Shown in pieces: positions 1 to 14,700 of a DNA stretch of 59,907 nt (positions are counted from its first letter, which is position 1; each line of letters begins with the position of its first letter). The stretch lies in NCBI GenBank assembly GCA_004431415.1, contig QPMI01000314.1:1-59907 (forward strand), in the 5' to 3' direction. The stretch comes from Cyanophora paradoxa CCMP329. Taxonomy: Eukaryota > Plantae > Glaucophyta. Below the pieces are notes generated by a model. The model was not told the DNA's origin, ran no database searches, and saw nothing but the letters and a program-made list of their open reading frames with translations. The translations under genes and the position numbers were made by a program.

Positions 1-2790
1 TGGCGTGACAGGCACACTGACGTCGACAGGCCTGCTCAACGCGAACGGGTTCCTGAACATTCACGACAACAAGTTCGTTGTTGATATGTCGGGCAACGTT
101 CTTGGCACCGGGATGGTCGGCATCACGGGCACTGTCACCTCGACAGGCCTGCTGAACGCGAACGGCTTCCTCAACGTTCGTGCGAACAAACTCGTCATCG
201 ACATGTCTGGAAACCTGTTGAGCACCGGAGCGGTTGGTATCACAGGCACGGTCACGTCGACGGGCCTCCTGAACGCGAACGGCTTCCTCAACGTCCATGA
301 CAACAAGTTCGTCGTTGATATGTCTGGCAACGTGCTCGGCACGGGGCTGGTTGGCTTGACAGGCACAGTCACCGCAACGGGCCTGCTGAGCGCGAACGGC
401 TTCCTCAACGTTCGCGGGAACAAATTCGTCATCGATATGTCGGGCAACGTACTGGGCACGGGGATGGTGGGCGTGACGGGCACGCTTACGTCCACTGGCC
501 TCCTGAACGCCAACGGCTTCCTCAATGTCCACGCCAACAAATTTGCCATCGATATGTCTGGCAACGTGTTGGGTACGGGCATGGTCGGCATCACGGGCAC
601 TCTTACATCGACGGGCCTCTTGAACGCGAACGGGTTCCTGAACGTCGGCCTGAACAAGTTCGTGGTGGACATGTCGGGCAACGTGCTCGGCACGGGAGTT
701 GTGGGGGTGACGGGTACAGTGACGTCGACGGGCTTGCTGAATGCGAATGGGTTTATCAATGTGCAGGACAACAAGTTCGTGATCGACCCGTCTGGAAACG
801 TGCTTTCCACGGGCATTGTTGGCGTGACAGGCACACTGACGTCGACGGGCCTGCTCAACGCGAACGGGTTCTTGAACGTGATGGCGAACAAGTTTGTGGT
901 GGACATGTCGGGCAACGTTCTCGGCACCGGGATGGTTGGCATCACGGGAACCGTGACATCGACTGGCCTGTTGAACGCGAACGGCTTCCTCAACGTACAC
1001 GACAACAAGTTCGTGGTTGACATGTCCGGCAACGTACTGGGAACGGGGAGGGTTGGTGTGACAGGAACGGTCACCTCGACGGGCCTCCTGAACGCGAACG
1101 GCTTCCTCAACGTCCATGACAACAAATTCGTCGTTGATATGTCTGGCAACGTGCTCGGCACGGGGCTGGTTGGCTTGACAGGCACAGTCACCTCAACGGG
1201 CCTGCTGAACGCGAACGGCTTCCTCAACGTTCGCGGGAACAAATTCGTCATCGATATGTCGGGCAACGTACTGGGCACGGGGATGGTGGGCGTGACGGGC
1301 ACGCTTACGTCCACTGGCCTCCTGAACGCCAACGGCTTCCTCAATGTCCACGCCAACAAATTCGTCATCGATATGTCTGGCAACGTGTTGGGTACGGGCA
1401 TGGTGGGCATCACGGGCACTCTTACATCGACGGGCCTCTTGAACGCGAACGGGTTCCTGAACGTCGGCCTGAACAAGTTCGTGGTGGACATGTCGGGCAA
1501 CGTGCTCGGCACGGGAGTTGTGGGGGTGACGGGTACAGTGACGTCGACGGGCTTGCTGAATGCGAACGGGTTTATCAATGTGCATGACAACAAGTTCGTG
1601 ATCGACCCGTCTGGAAACGTGCTTTCCACGGGCATTGTTGGCGTGACAGGCACACTGACGTCGACAGGCCTGCTCAACGCGAACGGGTTCCTGAACATTC
1701 ACGACAACAAGTTCGTTGTTGATATGTCGGGCAACGTTCTTGGCACCGGGATGGTCGGCATCACGGGCACTGTCACCTCGACAGGCCTGCTGAACGCGAA
1801 CGGCTTCCTCAACGTTCGTGCGAACAAACTCGTCATCGACATGTCTGGAAACCTGTTGAGCACCGGAGCGGTTGGTATCACAGGCACGGTCACGTCGACG
1901 GGCCTGCTAGACGCGAACGGGTTCCTGAACGTGATGGCGAACAAATTCGTGGTGGACATGTCCGGCAACGTGCTTGGCACTGGCATGATAGGCGTGACAG
2001 GAACACTGACCTCGACGGGCCTGTTGAACGCGAACGGCTTCCTCAACGTTCGCGGGAACAAATTCGTCATTGATATGTCGGGCAACGTTCTGGGAACGGG
2101 GAGGGTTGGTGTGACAGGAACAGTAACTTCGACTGGGTTGTTGAATGCGAATGGATTCCTGAACGTGCACGATAACAAATTCGTCATCGACATGTCGGGA
2201 AATGTACTGAGCACTGGCGTCGTTGGCATGACGGGCACACTAACGTCAACTGGGCTGCTTAATGCGAATGGTTTCCTGAATGTTCACGACAACAAACTCG
2301 TAATCGACATGTCCGGTAACGTGCTTGGCACGGGGATGGTGGGCGTGACAGGCACAGTCACCTCAACGGGCCTGCTGAACGCGAACGGGTTCTTGAATGT
2401 TGGAGCAAACAAATTCGTCATCGATATTTCTGGCAACGTGTTGGGTACGGGCATGGTCGGCATCACGGGCACTCTTACATCGACGGGCCTCTTGAACGCG
2501 AACGGGTTCCTGAACGTCGGCCTGAACAAGTTCGTGGTGGACATGTCGGGCAACGTGCTCGGCACGGGAGTTGTGGGGGTGACGGGTACAGTGACGTCGA
2601 CGGGCTTGCTGAATGCGAACGGGTTTATCAATGTGCATGACAACAAGTTCGTGATCGACCCGTCTGGAAACGTGCTTTCCACGGGCATTGTTGGCGTGAC
2701 AGGCACACTGACGTCGACGGGCCTGCTCAACGCGAACGGGTTCTTGAACGTGATGGCGAACAAGTTCGTTGTGGACATGTCAGGGAATAC
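1..2790 (+). repeat. Diverged 117-bp (39-aa) coding tandem array with higher-order blocks
   Basis: Units differ at synonymous sites. The sequence at 1 recurs at 1639 (14 x 117) and the sequence at ~291 recurs at ~1110 (7 x 117). Confidence 0.9.
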
Positions 2791-5700
2791 CTTCATTACT
2801 GGAACAGTTGCCGTCTCGGGAACATTGACATCTACCGGGCTGTTGAATGCAAATGGCGGCATTCTCGTCGGCACAAATCGTTTTGCGGTTGACGCATATG
2901 GGAATTTGATTGCAAGCAATCTGATGGTGACTGGAATATCGGTATGGAGTCAGCAACTTTACTCTGGAGGGGGAATGAGTGTTCGCGAAGACAAGCTACT
3001 CATTGATGCTAGCGGCAATGTTCTTGCTACTGGCTTCGTGGCTGTAACAGGAACAGTCACCTCGACGGGCCTGCTCAACGCGAACGGGTTCCTGAACGTG
3101 ATGGCGAACAAGTTCGTGGTGGACATGTCGGGCAACGTGCTGGCTACGGGCGCGGTGGGCATCACGGGCACCGTCACCTCGACGGGCCTGCTGAACGTGC
3201 TGGGGGCGGCGGTGTTCACGTCGCTGGTGAACGCGAACGGCGGTGTGAACGTGATCTCGAACCGCTTCGTGGTGGACACGAGCGGGAACGCCCTGGCGAC
3301 GGGCATGGTCGGCATCACGGGCACGGTCACCTCGACGGGCCTGCTCAATGCGAACGGGTTCCTGAACGTGATGGCGAACAAGTTCGTGGTGGACATGTCG
3401 GGCAACGTGCTGGCGACGGGCGCGGTGGGCATCACGGGCACCGTCACCTCGACGGGCCTGCTGAACGTGCTGGGGGCGGCTGTGTTCACGTCGCTGGTGA
3501 ACGCGAACGGTGGCGTGAACGTGATCTCGAACCGCTTCGTGGTGGACACGAGCGGGAACGCCCTGGCGACGGGCATGGTCGGCATCACGGGCACGGTCAC
3601 CTCGACGGGCCTGCTCAACGCGAACGGGTTCCTGAACGTGATGGCGAACAAGTTCGTGGTGGACATGTCGGGCAACGTGCTGGCGACGGGCGCGGTGGCA
3701 TCACGGGCACCGTCACCTCGACGGGCCTGCTGAACGTGCTGGGGGCGCGGTGTTCACGTCGCTGGTGAACGCGAACGGCGGCGTGAACGTGATCTCGAAC
3801 CGCTTCGTGTGGACACGAGCGGGAACGCCCTGGCGACGGGCATGGTCGGCATCACGGGCACGGTCACCTCGACGGGCCTGCTCAACGCGAACGGGTTCCT
3901 GAACGTGATGGCGAACAAGTTCGTGGTGGACATGTCGGGCAACGTGCTGGCGACGGGCGCGGTGGCATCACGGGCACCGTCACCTCGACGGGCTGCTGAA
4001 CGTGCTGGGGGCGGCGGTGTTCACGTCGCTGGTGAACGCGAACGGCGGCGTGAACGTGATCTCGAACCGCTTCGTGGTGGACACGAGCGGAACGCCCTGG
4101 CGACGGGCATGGTCGGCATCACGGGCACGGTCACCTCGACGGCCTGCTCAACGCGAACGGGTTCCTGAACGTGATGGCGAACAAGTTCGTGGTGGACATG
4201 TCGGGCAACGTGCTGGCGACGGGCGCGGTGGGCATCACGGGCACCGTCACCTCGACGGGCCTGCTGAACGTGCTGGGGGCGGCGGTGTTCACGTCGCTGG
4301 TGAACGCGAACGCGGCGTGAACGTGATCTCGAACCGCTTCGTGGTGGACACGAGCGGGAACGCCCTGGCGACGGGCATGGTCGGCATCACGGGCACGGTC
4401 ACCTCGACGGGCCTGCTCAACGCGAACGGGTTCCTGAACGTGATGGCGAACAAGTTCGTGGTGGACATGTCGGGCAACGTGCTGGCGACGGGCGCGGTGG
4501 GCATCACGGGCACCGTCACCTCGACGGGCCTGCTGAACGTGCTGGGGGCGGCGGTGTTCACATCGCTGGTGAACGCGAACGGCGGCGTGAACGTGATCTC
4601 GAACCGCTTCGTGGTGGACACGAGCGGGAACGCCCTGGCGACGGGCATGGTCGGCATCACGGGCACGGTCACCTCGACGGGCCTGCTCAACGCGAACGGG
4701 TTCCTGAACGTGATGGCGAACAAGTTCGTGGTGGACATGTCGGGCAACGTGCTGGCGACGGGCGCGGTGGGCATCACGGGCACCGTCACCTCGACGGCCT
4801 TCTGAACGTGCTGGGGGCGGCGGTGTTCACATCGCTGGTGAACGCGAACGGCGGCGTGAACGTGATCTCGAACCGCTTCGTGGTGGACACGAGCGGGAAC
4901 GCCCTGGCGACGGGCATGGTCGGCATCACGGGCACGGTCACCTCGACGGGCCTGCTCAACGCGAACGGGTTCCTGAACGTGATGGCGAACAAGTTCGTGG
5001 TGGACATGTCGGGCAACGTGCTGGCGACGGGCGCGGTGGGCATCACGGGCACCGTCACCTCGACGGGCCTGCTGAACGTGCTGGGGGCGGCGGTGTTCAC
5101 GTCGCTGGTGAACGCGAACGGCGGCGTGAACGTGATCTCGAACCGCTTCGTGGTGGACACGAGCGGGAACGCCCTGGCGACGGGCATGGTCGGCATCACG
5201 GGCACGGTCACCTCGACGGGCCTGCTCAACGCGAACGGGTTCCTGAACGTGATGGCGAACAAGTTCGTGTGGACATGTCGGGCAACGTGCTGGCGACGGG
5301 CGCGGTGGGCATCACGGGCACCGTCACCTCGACGGGCCTGCTGAACGTGCTGGGGCGGCGGTGTTCACGTCGCTGGTGAACGCGAACGGCGGCGTGAACG
5401 TGATCTCGAACCGCTTCGTGGTGGACACGAGCGGGAACGCCCTGGCGACGGGCATGGTCGGCATCACGGGCACGGTCACCTCGACGGGCCTGCTCAACGC
5501 GAACGGGTTCCTGAACGTGATGGCGAACAAGTTCGTGGTGGACATGTCGGGCAACGTGCTGGCGACGGGCGCGGTGGGCATCACGGGCACCGTCACCTCG
5601 ACGGGCCTGCTGAACGTGCTGGGGGCGGCGGTGTTCACGTCGCTGGTGAACGCGAACGGCGGCGTGAACGTGATCTCGAACCGCTTCGTGGTGGACACGA

Positions 5701-8700
5701 GCGGGAACGCCCTGGCGACGGGCATGGTCGGCATCACGGGCACGGTCACCTCGACGGGCCTGCTCAACGCGAACGGGTTCCTGAACGTGATGGCGAACAA
5801 GTTCGTGGTGGACATGTCGGGCAACGTGCTGGCGACGGGCGCGGTGGGCATCACGGGCACCGTCACCTCGACGGGCCTGCTGAACGTGCTGGGGGCGGCG
5901 GTGTTCACATCGCTGGTGAACGCGAACGGCGGCGTGAACGTGATCTCGAACCGCTTCGTGGTGGACACGAGCGGGAACGCCCTGGCGACGGGCATGGTCG
6001 GCATCACGGGCACGGTCACCTCGACGGGCCTGCTCAACGCGAACGGGTTCCTGAACGTGATGGCGAACAAGTTCGTGGTGGACATGTCGGGCAACGTGCT
6101 GGCGACGGGCGCGGTGGGCATCACGGGCACCGTCACCTCGACGGGCCTTCTGAACGTGCTGGGGGCGGCGGTGTTCACATCGCTGGTGAACGCGAACGGC
6201 GGCGTGAACGTGATCTCGAACCGCTTCGTGGTGGACACGAGCGGGAACGCCCTGGCGACGGGCATGGTCGGCATCACGGGCACGGTCACCTCGACGGGCC
6301 TGCTCAACGCGAACGGGTTCCTGAACGTGATGGCGAACAAGTTCGTGGTGGACATGTCGGGCAACGTGCTGGCGACGGGCGCGGTGGGCATCACGGGCAC
6401 CGTCACCTCGACGGGCCTGCTGAACGTGCTGGGGCGGCGGTGTTCACGTCGCTGGTGAACGCGGACGGCGGCGTGAACGTGATCTCGAACCGCTTCGTGG
6501 TGGACACGAGCGGGAACGCCCTGGCGACGGGCATGGTCGGCATCACGGGCACGGTCACCTCGACGGGCCTGCTCAACGCGAACGGGTTCCTGAACGTGAT
6601 GGCGAACAAGTTCGTGGTGGACATGTCGGGCAACGTGCTGGCGACGGGCGCGGTGGGCATCACGGGCACCGTCACCTCGACGGGTCTGCTGAATATTCTC
6701 GGGGGAGCATCGTTCTCTTCTCTGCTCAACGCGGACGGCGGCGTGAACGTGATCTCGAACCGCTTCGTGGTGGACACGAGCGGGAACGCCCTGGCGACGG
6801 GCATGGTCGGCATCACGGGCACGGTCACCTCGACGGGCCTGCTCAACGCGAACGGGTTCCTGAACGTGATGGAGAACAAGTTCGTGGTGGACATGTCGGG
6901 CAACGTGCTGGCGACGGGCGCGGTGGGCATCACGGGCACCGTCACCTCGACGGGCCTTCTGAACGTGCTGGGGGCGGCGGTGTTCACATCGCTGGTGAAC
7001 GCGAACGGCGGCGTGAACGTGATCTCGAACCGCTTCGTGGTGGACACGAGCGGGAACGCCCTGGCGACGGGCATGGTCGGCATCACGGGCACGGTCACCT
7101 CGACGGGCCTGCTCAACGCGAACGGGTTCCTGAACGTGATGGCGAACAAGTTCGTGGTGGACATGTCGGGCAACGTGCTGGCGACGGGCGCGGTGGGCAT
7201 CACGGGCACCGTCACCTCGACGGGCCTGCTGAACGTGCTGGGGGCGGCGGTGTTCACGTCGCTGGTGAACGCGGACGGCGGCGTGAACGTGATCTCGAAC
7301 CGCTTCGTGGTGGACACGAGCGGGAACGCCCTGGCGACGGGCATGGTCGGCATCACGGGCACGGTCACCTCGACGGGCCTGCTCAACGCGAACGGGTTCC
7401 TGAACGTGATGGCGAACAAGTTCGTGGTGGACATGTCGGGCAACGTGCTGGCGACGGGCGCGGTGGGCATCACGGGCACCGTCACCTCGACGGGTCTGCT
7501 GAATATTCTCGGGGGAGCATCGTTCTCTTCTCTGCTCAACGCGGACGGCGGCGTGAACGTGATCTCGAACCGCTTCGTGGTGGACACGAGCGGGAACGCC
7601 CTGGCGACGGGCATGGTCGGCATCACGGGCACGGTCACCTCGACGGGCCTGCTCAACGCGAACGGGTTCCTGAACGTGATGGAGAACAAGTTCGTGGTGG
7701 ACATGTCGGGCAACGTGCTGGCGACGGGCGCGGTGGGCATCACGGGCACCGTCACCTCGACGGGCCTGCTGAACGTGCTGGGGGCGGCGGTGTTCACGTC
7801 GCTGGTGAACGCGAACGGCGGCGTGAACGTGATCTCGAACCGCTTCGTGGTGGACACGAGCGGGAACGCCCTGGCGACGGGCATGGTCGGCATCACGGGC
7901 ACGGTCACCTCGACGGGCCTGCTCAACGCGAACGGGTTCCTGAACGTGATGGCGAACAAGTTCGTGGTGGACATGTCGGGCAACGTGCTGGCGACGGGCG
8001 CGGTGGGCATCACGGCACCGTCACCTCGACGGGCCTGCTGAACGTGCTGGGGGCGGCGGTGTTCACGTCGCTGGTGAACGCGAACGGCGGCGTGAACGTG
8101 ATCTCGAACCGCTTCGTGGTGGACACGAGCGGGAACGCCCTGGCGACGGCATGGTCGGCATCACGGGCACGGTCACCTCGACGGGCCTGCTCAATGCGAA
8201 CGGGTTCCTGAACGTGATGGCGAACAAGTTCGTGGTGGACATGTCGGGCAACGTGCTGGCGACGGGCGCGGTGGCATCACGGGCACCGTCACCTCGACGG
8301 GCCTGCTGAACGTGCTGGGGCGGCGGTGTTCACGTCGCTGGTGAACGCGAACGGCGGCGTGAACGTGATCTCGAACCGCTTCGTGGTGGACACGAGCGGG
8401 AACGCCCTGGCGACGGCATGGTCGGCATCACGGGCACGGTCACCTCGACGGGCCTGCTCAACGCGAACGGGTTCCTGAACGTGATGGCGAACAAGTTCGT
8501 GGTGGACATGTCGGGCAACGTGCTGGCGACGGGCGCGGTGGGCATCACGGGCACCGTCACCTCGACGGGCCTGCTGAACGTGCTGGGGGCGGCGGTGTTC
8601 ACGTCGCTGGTGAACGCGAACGGCGGCGTGAACGTGATCTCAAACCGCTTCGTGGTGGACACGAGCGGGAACGCCCTGGCGACGGGCATGGTCGGCATCA

Positions 8701-11700
8701 CGGGCACGGTCACCTCGACGGGCCTGCTCAACGCGAACGGGTTCCTGAACGTGATGGCGAACAAGTTCGTGGTGGACATGTCGGGCAACGTGCTGGCGAC
8801 GGGCGCGGTGGGCATCACGGGCACCGTCACCTCGACGGGTCTGCTGAATATTCTCGGGGGAGCATCGTTCTCTTCTCTGCTCAACGCGGACGGCGGCGTC
8901 AACGTGATCTCGAACCGCTTCGTGGTGGACACGAGCGGGAACGCCCTGGCGACGGGCATGGTCGGCATCACGGGCACGGTCACCTCGACGGGCCTGCTCA
9001 ACGCGAACGGGTTCCTGAACGTGATGGCGAACAAGTTCGTGGTGGACATGTCGGGCAACGTGCTGGCGACGGGCGCGGTGGGCATCACGGGCACCGTCAC
9101 CTCGACGGGCCTGCTGAACGTGCTGGGGGCGGCGGTGTTCACGTCGCTGGTGAACGCGAACGGCGGCGTGAACGTGATCTCGAACCGCTTCGTGGTGGAC
9201 ACGAGCGGGAACGCCCTGGCGACGGGCATGGTCGGCATCACGGGCACGGTCACCTCGACGGGCCTGCTCAACGCGAACGGGTTCCTGAACGTGATGGCGA
9301 ACAAGTTCGTGGTGGACATGTCGGGCAACGTGCTGGCGACGGGCGCGGTGGGCATCACGGGCACCGTCACCTCGACAGGCCTGCTGAACGTGCTGGGGGC
9401 GGCGGTGTTCACGTCGCTGGTGAACGCGAACGGCGGCGTGAACGTGATCTCGAACCGCTTCGTGGTGGACACGAGCGGGAACGCCCTGGCGACGGGCATG
9501 GTCGGCATCACGGGCACAGTCACCTCGACGGGCCTGCTCAACGCGAACGGGTTCCTGAACGTGATGGCGAACAAGTTCGTGGTGGACATGTCGGGCAACG
9601 TGCTGGCGACGGGCGCGGTGGGCATCACGGGCACCGTCACCTCGACGGGCCTGCTGAACGTGCTGGGGGCGGCGGTGTTCACATCGCTGGTGAACGCGAA
9701 CGGCGGCGTGAACGTGATCTCGAACCGCTTCGTGGTGGACACGAGCGGGAACGCCCTGGCGACGGGCATGGTCGGCATCACGGGCACGGTCACCTCGACG
9801 GGCCTGCTCAACGCGAACGGGTTCCTGAACGTGATGGCGAACAAGTTCGTGGTGGACATGTCGGGCAACGTGCTGGCGACGGGCGCGGTGGGCATCACGG
9901 GCACCATCACCTCGACGGGCCTGCTGAACGTGCTGGGGGCGGCGGTGTTCACGTCGCTGGTGAACGCGAACAGCGGCGTGAACGTGATCTCGAACCGCTT
10001 CGTGGTGGACACGAGCGGGAACGCCCTGGCGACGGGCATGGTCGGCATCACGGGCACGGTCACCTCGACGGGCCTGCTCAATGCGAACGGGTTCCTGAAC
10101 GTGATGGCGAACAAGTTCGTGGTGGACATGTCGGGCAACGTGCTGGCGACGGGCGCGGTGGGCATCACGGGCACCGTCACCTCGACGGGCCTGCTGAACG
10201 TGCTGGGGGCGGCGGTGTTCACGTCGCTGGTGAACGCGAACGGCGGCGTGAACGTGATCTCGAACCGCTTCGTGGTGGACACGAGCGGGAACGCCCTGGC
10301 GACGGGCATGGTCGGCATCACGGGCACGGTCACCTCGACGGGCCTGCTCAATGCGAACGGGTTCCTGAACGTGATGGCGAACAAGTTCGTGGTGGACATG
10401 TCGGGCAACGTGCTGGCGACAGGCGCGGTGGGCATCACGGGCACCATCACCTCGACGGGCCTGCTGAACGTGCTGGGGGCGGCGGTGTTCACGTCGCTGG
10501 TGAACGCGAACGGCGGCGTGAACGTGATCTCGAACCGCTTCGTGGTGGACACGAGCGGGAACGCCCTGGCGACGGGCATGGTCGGCATCACGGGCACGGT
10601 CACCTCGACGGCCTGCTCAATGCGAACGGGTTCCTGAACGTGATGGCGAACAAGTTCGTGGTGGACATGTCGGGCAACGTGCTGGCGACGGGCGCGGTGG
10701 GCATCACGGGCACCGTCACCTCGACGGGCCTGCTGAACGTGCTGGGGCGGCGGTGTTCACGTCGCTGGTGAACGCGAACGGCGGCGTGAACGTGATCTCG
10801 AACCGCTTCGTGGTGGACACGAGCGGGAACGCCCTGGCGACGGGCATGGTCGGCATCACGGGCACGGTCACCTCGACGGGCCTGCTCAACGCGAACGGGT
10901 TCCTGAACGTGATGGCGAACAAGTTCGTGGTGGACATGTCGGGCAACGTGCTGGCGACGGGCGCGGTGGGCATCACGGGCACCATCACCTCGACGGGCCT
11001 GCTGAACGTGCTGGGGGCGGCGGTGTTCACGTCGCTGGTGAACGCGAACGGCGGCGTGAACGTGATCTCGAACCGCTTCGTGGTGGACACGAGCGGGAAC
11101 GCCCTGGCGACGGGCATGGTCGGCATCACGGGCACGGTCACCTCGACGGGCCTGCTCAATGCGAACGGGTTCCTGAACGTGATGGCGAACAAGTTCGTGG
11201 TGGACATGTCGGGCAACGTGCTGGCGACGGGCGCGGTGGGCATCACGGGCACCGTCACCTCGACGGGTCTGCTGAATATTCTCGGGGGAGCATCGTTCTC
11301 TTCTCTGCTCAACGCGGACGGCGGCGTGAACGTGATCTCGAACCGCTTCGTGGTGGACACGAGCGGGAACGCCCTGGCGACGGGCATGGTCGGCATCACG
11401 GGCACGGTCACCTCGACGGGCCTGCTCAACGCGAACGGGTTCCTGAACGTAATGGCGAACAAGTTCGTGGTGGACATGTCGGGCAACGTGCTGGCGACGG
11501 GCGCGGTGGGCATCACGGGCACCGTCACCTCGACGGGCCTGCTGAACGTGCTGGGGGCGGCGGTGTTCACGTCGCTGGTGAACGCGAACGGCGGCGTGAA
11601 CGTGATCTCGAACCGCTTCGTGGTGGACACGAGCGGGAACGCCCTGGCGACGGGCATGGTCGGCATCACGGGCACGGTCACCTCGACGGGCCTGCTCAAC

Positions 11701-14700
11701 GCGAACGGGTTCCTGAACGTGATGGCGAACAAGTTCGTGGTGGACATGTCGGGCAACGTGCTGGCGACGGGCGCGGTGGGCATCACGGGCACCGTCACCT
11801 CGACGGGCCTGCTGAACGTGCTGGGGGCGGCGGTGTTCACGTCGCTGGTGAACGCGAACGGCGGTGTGAACGTGATCTCGAACCGCTTCGTGGTGGACAC
11901 GAGCGGGAACGCCCTGGCGACGGGCATGGTCGGCATCACGGGCACGGTCACCTCGACGGGCCTGCTCAACGCGAACGGGTTCCTGAACGTGATGGCGAAC
12001 AAGTTCGTGGTGGACATGTCAGGCAACGTGCTGGCGACGGGCGCGGTGGGCATCACGGGCACCGTCACCTCGACGGGCCTGCTGAACGTGCTGGGGGCGG
12101 CGGTGTTCACGTCGCTGGTGAACGCGAACGGCGGCGTGAACGTGATCTCGAACCGCTTCGTGGTGGACACGAGCGGGAACGCCCTGGCGACGGGCATGGT
12201 CGGCATCACGGGCACGGTCACCTCGACGGGCCTGCTTAACGCGAACGGGTTCCTGAACGTGATGGCGAACAAGTTCGTGGTGGACATGTCGGGCAACGTG
12301 CTGGCGACGGGCGCGGTGGGCATCACGGGCACCGTCACCTCGACGGGTCTGCTGAATATTCTCGGGGGAGCATCGTTCTCTTCTCTGCTCAACGCGGACG
12401 GCGGCGTGAACGTGATCTCGAACCGCTTCGTGGTGGACACGAGCGGGAACGCCCTGGCGACGGGCATGGTCGGCATCACGGGCACGGTCACCTCGACGGG
12501 CCTGCTCAACGCGAACGGGTTCCTGAACGTGATGGCGAACAAGTTCGTGGTGGACATGTCGGGCAACGTGCTGGCGACGGGCGCGGTGGGCATCACGGGC
12601 ACCGTCACCTCGACGGGCCTGCTGAACGTGCTGGGGGCGGCGGTGTTCACGTCGCTGGTGAACGCGAACGGCGGCGTGAACGTGATCTCGAACCGCTTCG
12701 TGGTGGACACGAGCGGGAACGCCCTGGCGACGGGCATGGTCGGCATCACGGGCACGGTCACCTCGACGGGCCTGCTCAACGCGAACGGGTTCCTGAACGT
12801 GATGGCGAACAAGTTCGTGGTGGACATGTCGGGCAACGTGCTGGCGACGGGCGCGGTGGGCATCACGGGCACCGTCACCTCGACAGGCCTGCTGAACGTG
12901 CTGGGGGCGGCGGTGTTCACGTCGCTGGTGAACGCGAACGGCGGCGTGAACGTGATCTCGAACCGCTTCGTGGTGGACACGAGCGGGAACGCCCTGGCGA
13001 CGGGCATGGTCGGCATCACGGGCACGGTCACCTCGACGGGCCTGCTCAACGCGAACGGGTTCCTGAACGTGATGGCGAACAAGTTCGTGGTGGACATGTC
13101 GGGCAACGTGCTGGCGACGGGCGCGGTGGGCATCACGGGCACCGTCACCTCGACGGGCCTGCTGAACGTGCTGGGGGCGGCGGTGTTCACGTCGCTGGTG
13201 AACGCGAACGGCGGCGTGAACGTGATCTCGAACCGCTTCGTGGTGGACACGAGCGGGAACGCCCTGGCGACGGGCATGGTCGGCATCACGGGCACGGTCA
13301 CCTCGACGGGCCTGCTCAACGCGAACGGGTTCCTGAACGTGATGTCGAACAAGTTCGTGGTGGACATGTCGGGCAACGTGCTGGCGACGGGCGCGGTGGG
13401 CATCACGGGCACCGTCACCTCGACAGGCCTGCTGAACGTGCTGGGGGCGGCGGTGTTCACGTCGCTGGTGAACGCGAACGGCGGCGTGAACGTGATCTCG
13501 AACCGCTTCGTGGTGGACACGAGCGGGAACGCCCTGGCGACGGGCATGGTCGGCATCACGGGCACGGTCACCTCGACGGGCCTGCTCAACGCAAACGGGT
13601 TCCTGAACGTGATGGCGAACAAGTTCGTGGTGGACATGTCGGGCAACGTGCTGGCGACGGGCGCGGTGGGCATCACGGGCACCGTCACCTCGACGGGCCT
13701 GCTGAACGTGCTGGGGGCGGCGGTGTTCACGTCGCTGGTGAACGCGAACGGCGGCGTGAACGTGATCTCGAACCGCTTCGTGGTGGACACGAGCGGGAAC
13801 GCCCTGGCGACGGGCATGGTCGGCATCACGGGCACGGTCACCTCGACGGGCCTGCTCAACGCGAACGGGTTCCTGAACGTGATGGCGAACAAGTTCGTGG
13901 TGGACATGTCGGGCAACGTGCTGGCGACGGGCGCGGTGGGCATCACGGGCACCGTCACCTCGACGGGCCTTCTGAACGTGCTGGGGGCGGCGGTGTTCAC
14001 ATCGCTGGTGAACGCGAACGGCGGCGTGAACGTGATCTCGAACCGCTTCATGGTGGACACGAGCGGGAACGTGCTGGCGACGGGCATGGTCGGCATCACG
14101 GGCACGGTGACGTCGACTGGCCTCCTGAATGTCGTTGGGTCTGCATCGTTCTCCTCTCTGCTCAACGCGGACGGCGGGATGAATGTCATCTCGAACCGCT
14201 TCGTGGTGGACGCCAGTGGGAACACGCTGGCGACGGGCGCGGTGGGCATCACGGGCACCGTCACCTCGACGGGCCTGCTGAACGTGCTGGGGGCGGCGGT
14301 GTTCACGTCGCTGGTGAACGCGAACGGCGGCGTGAACGTGATCTCGAACCGCTTCGTGGTGGACACGAGCGGGAACGCCCTGGCGACGGGCATGGTCGGC
14401 ATCACGGGCACGGTCACCTCGACGGGCCTGCTCAACACGAACGGGTTCCTGAACGTGATGGCGAACAAGTTCGTGGTAGACATGTCGGGCAACGTGCTGG
14501 CGACGGGCGCGGTGGGCATCACGGGCACCGTCACCTCGACGGGCCTGCTGAACGTGCTGGGGGCGGCGGTGTTCACGTCGCTGGTGAACGCGAACGGCGG
14601 CGTGAACGTGATCTCGAACCGCTTCGTGGTGGACACGAGCGGGAACGCCCTGGCGACGGGCATGGTAGGCATCACGGGCACGGTCACCTCGACGGGCCTG

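Noticed and set aside
3690-10750. About 20 frameshifts in the giant gene read as pseudogenisation, programmed frameshifting or phase variation
   Set aside because: All are single-base deletions in short G/C runs, confined to the most homogeneous part of the array and with no nonsense substitutions. This is typical of unpolished long-read error; accurate reads are needed to exclude real indels.
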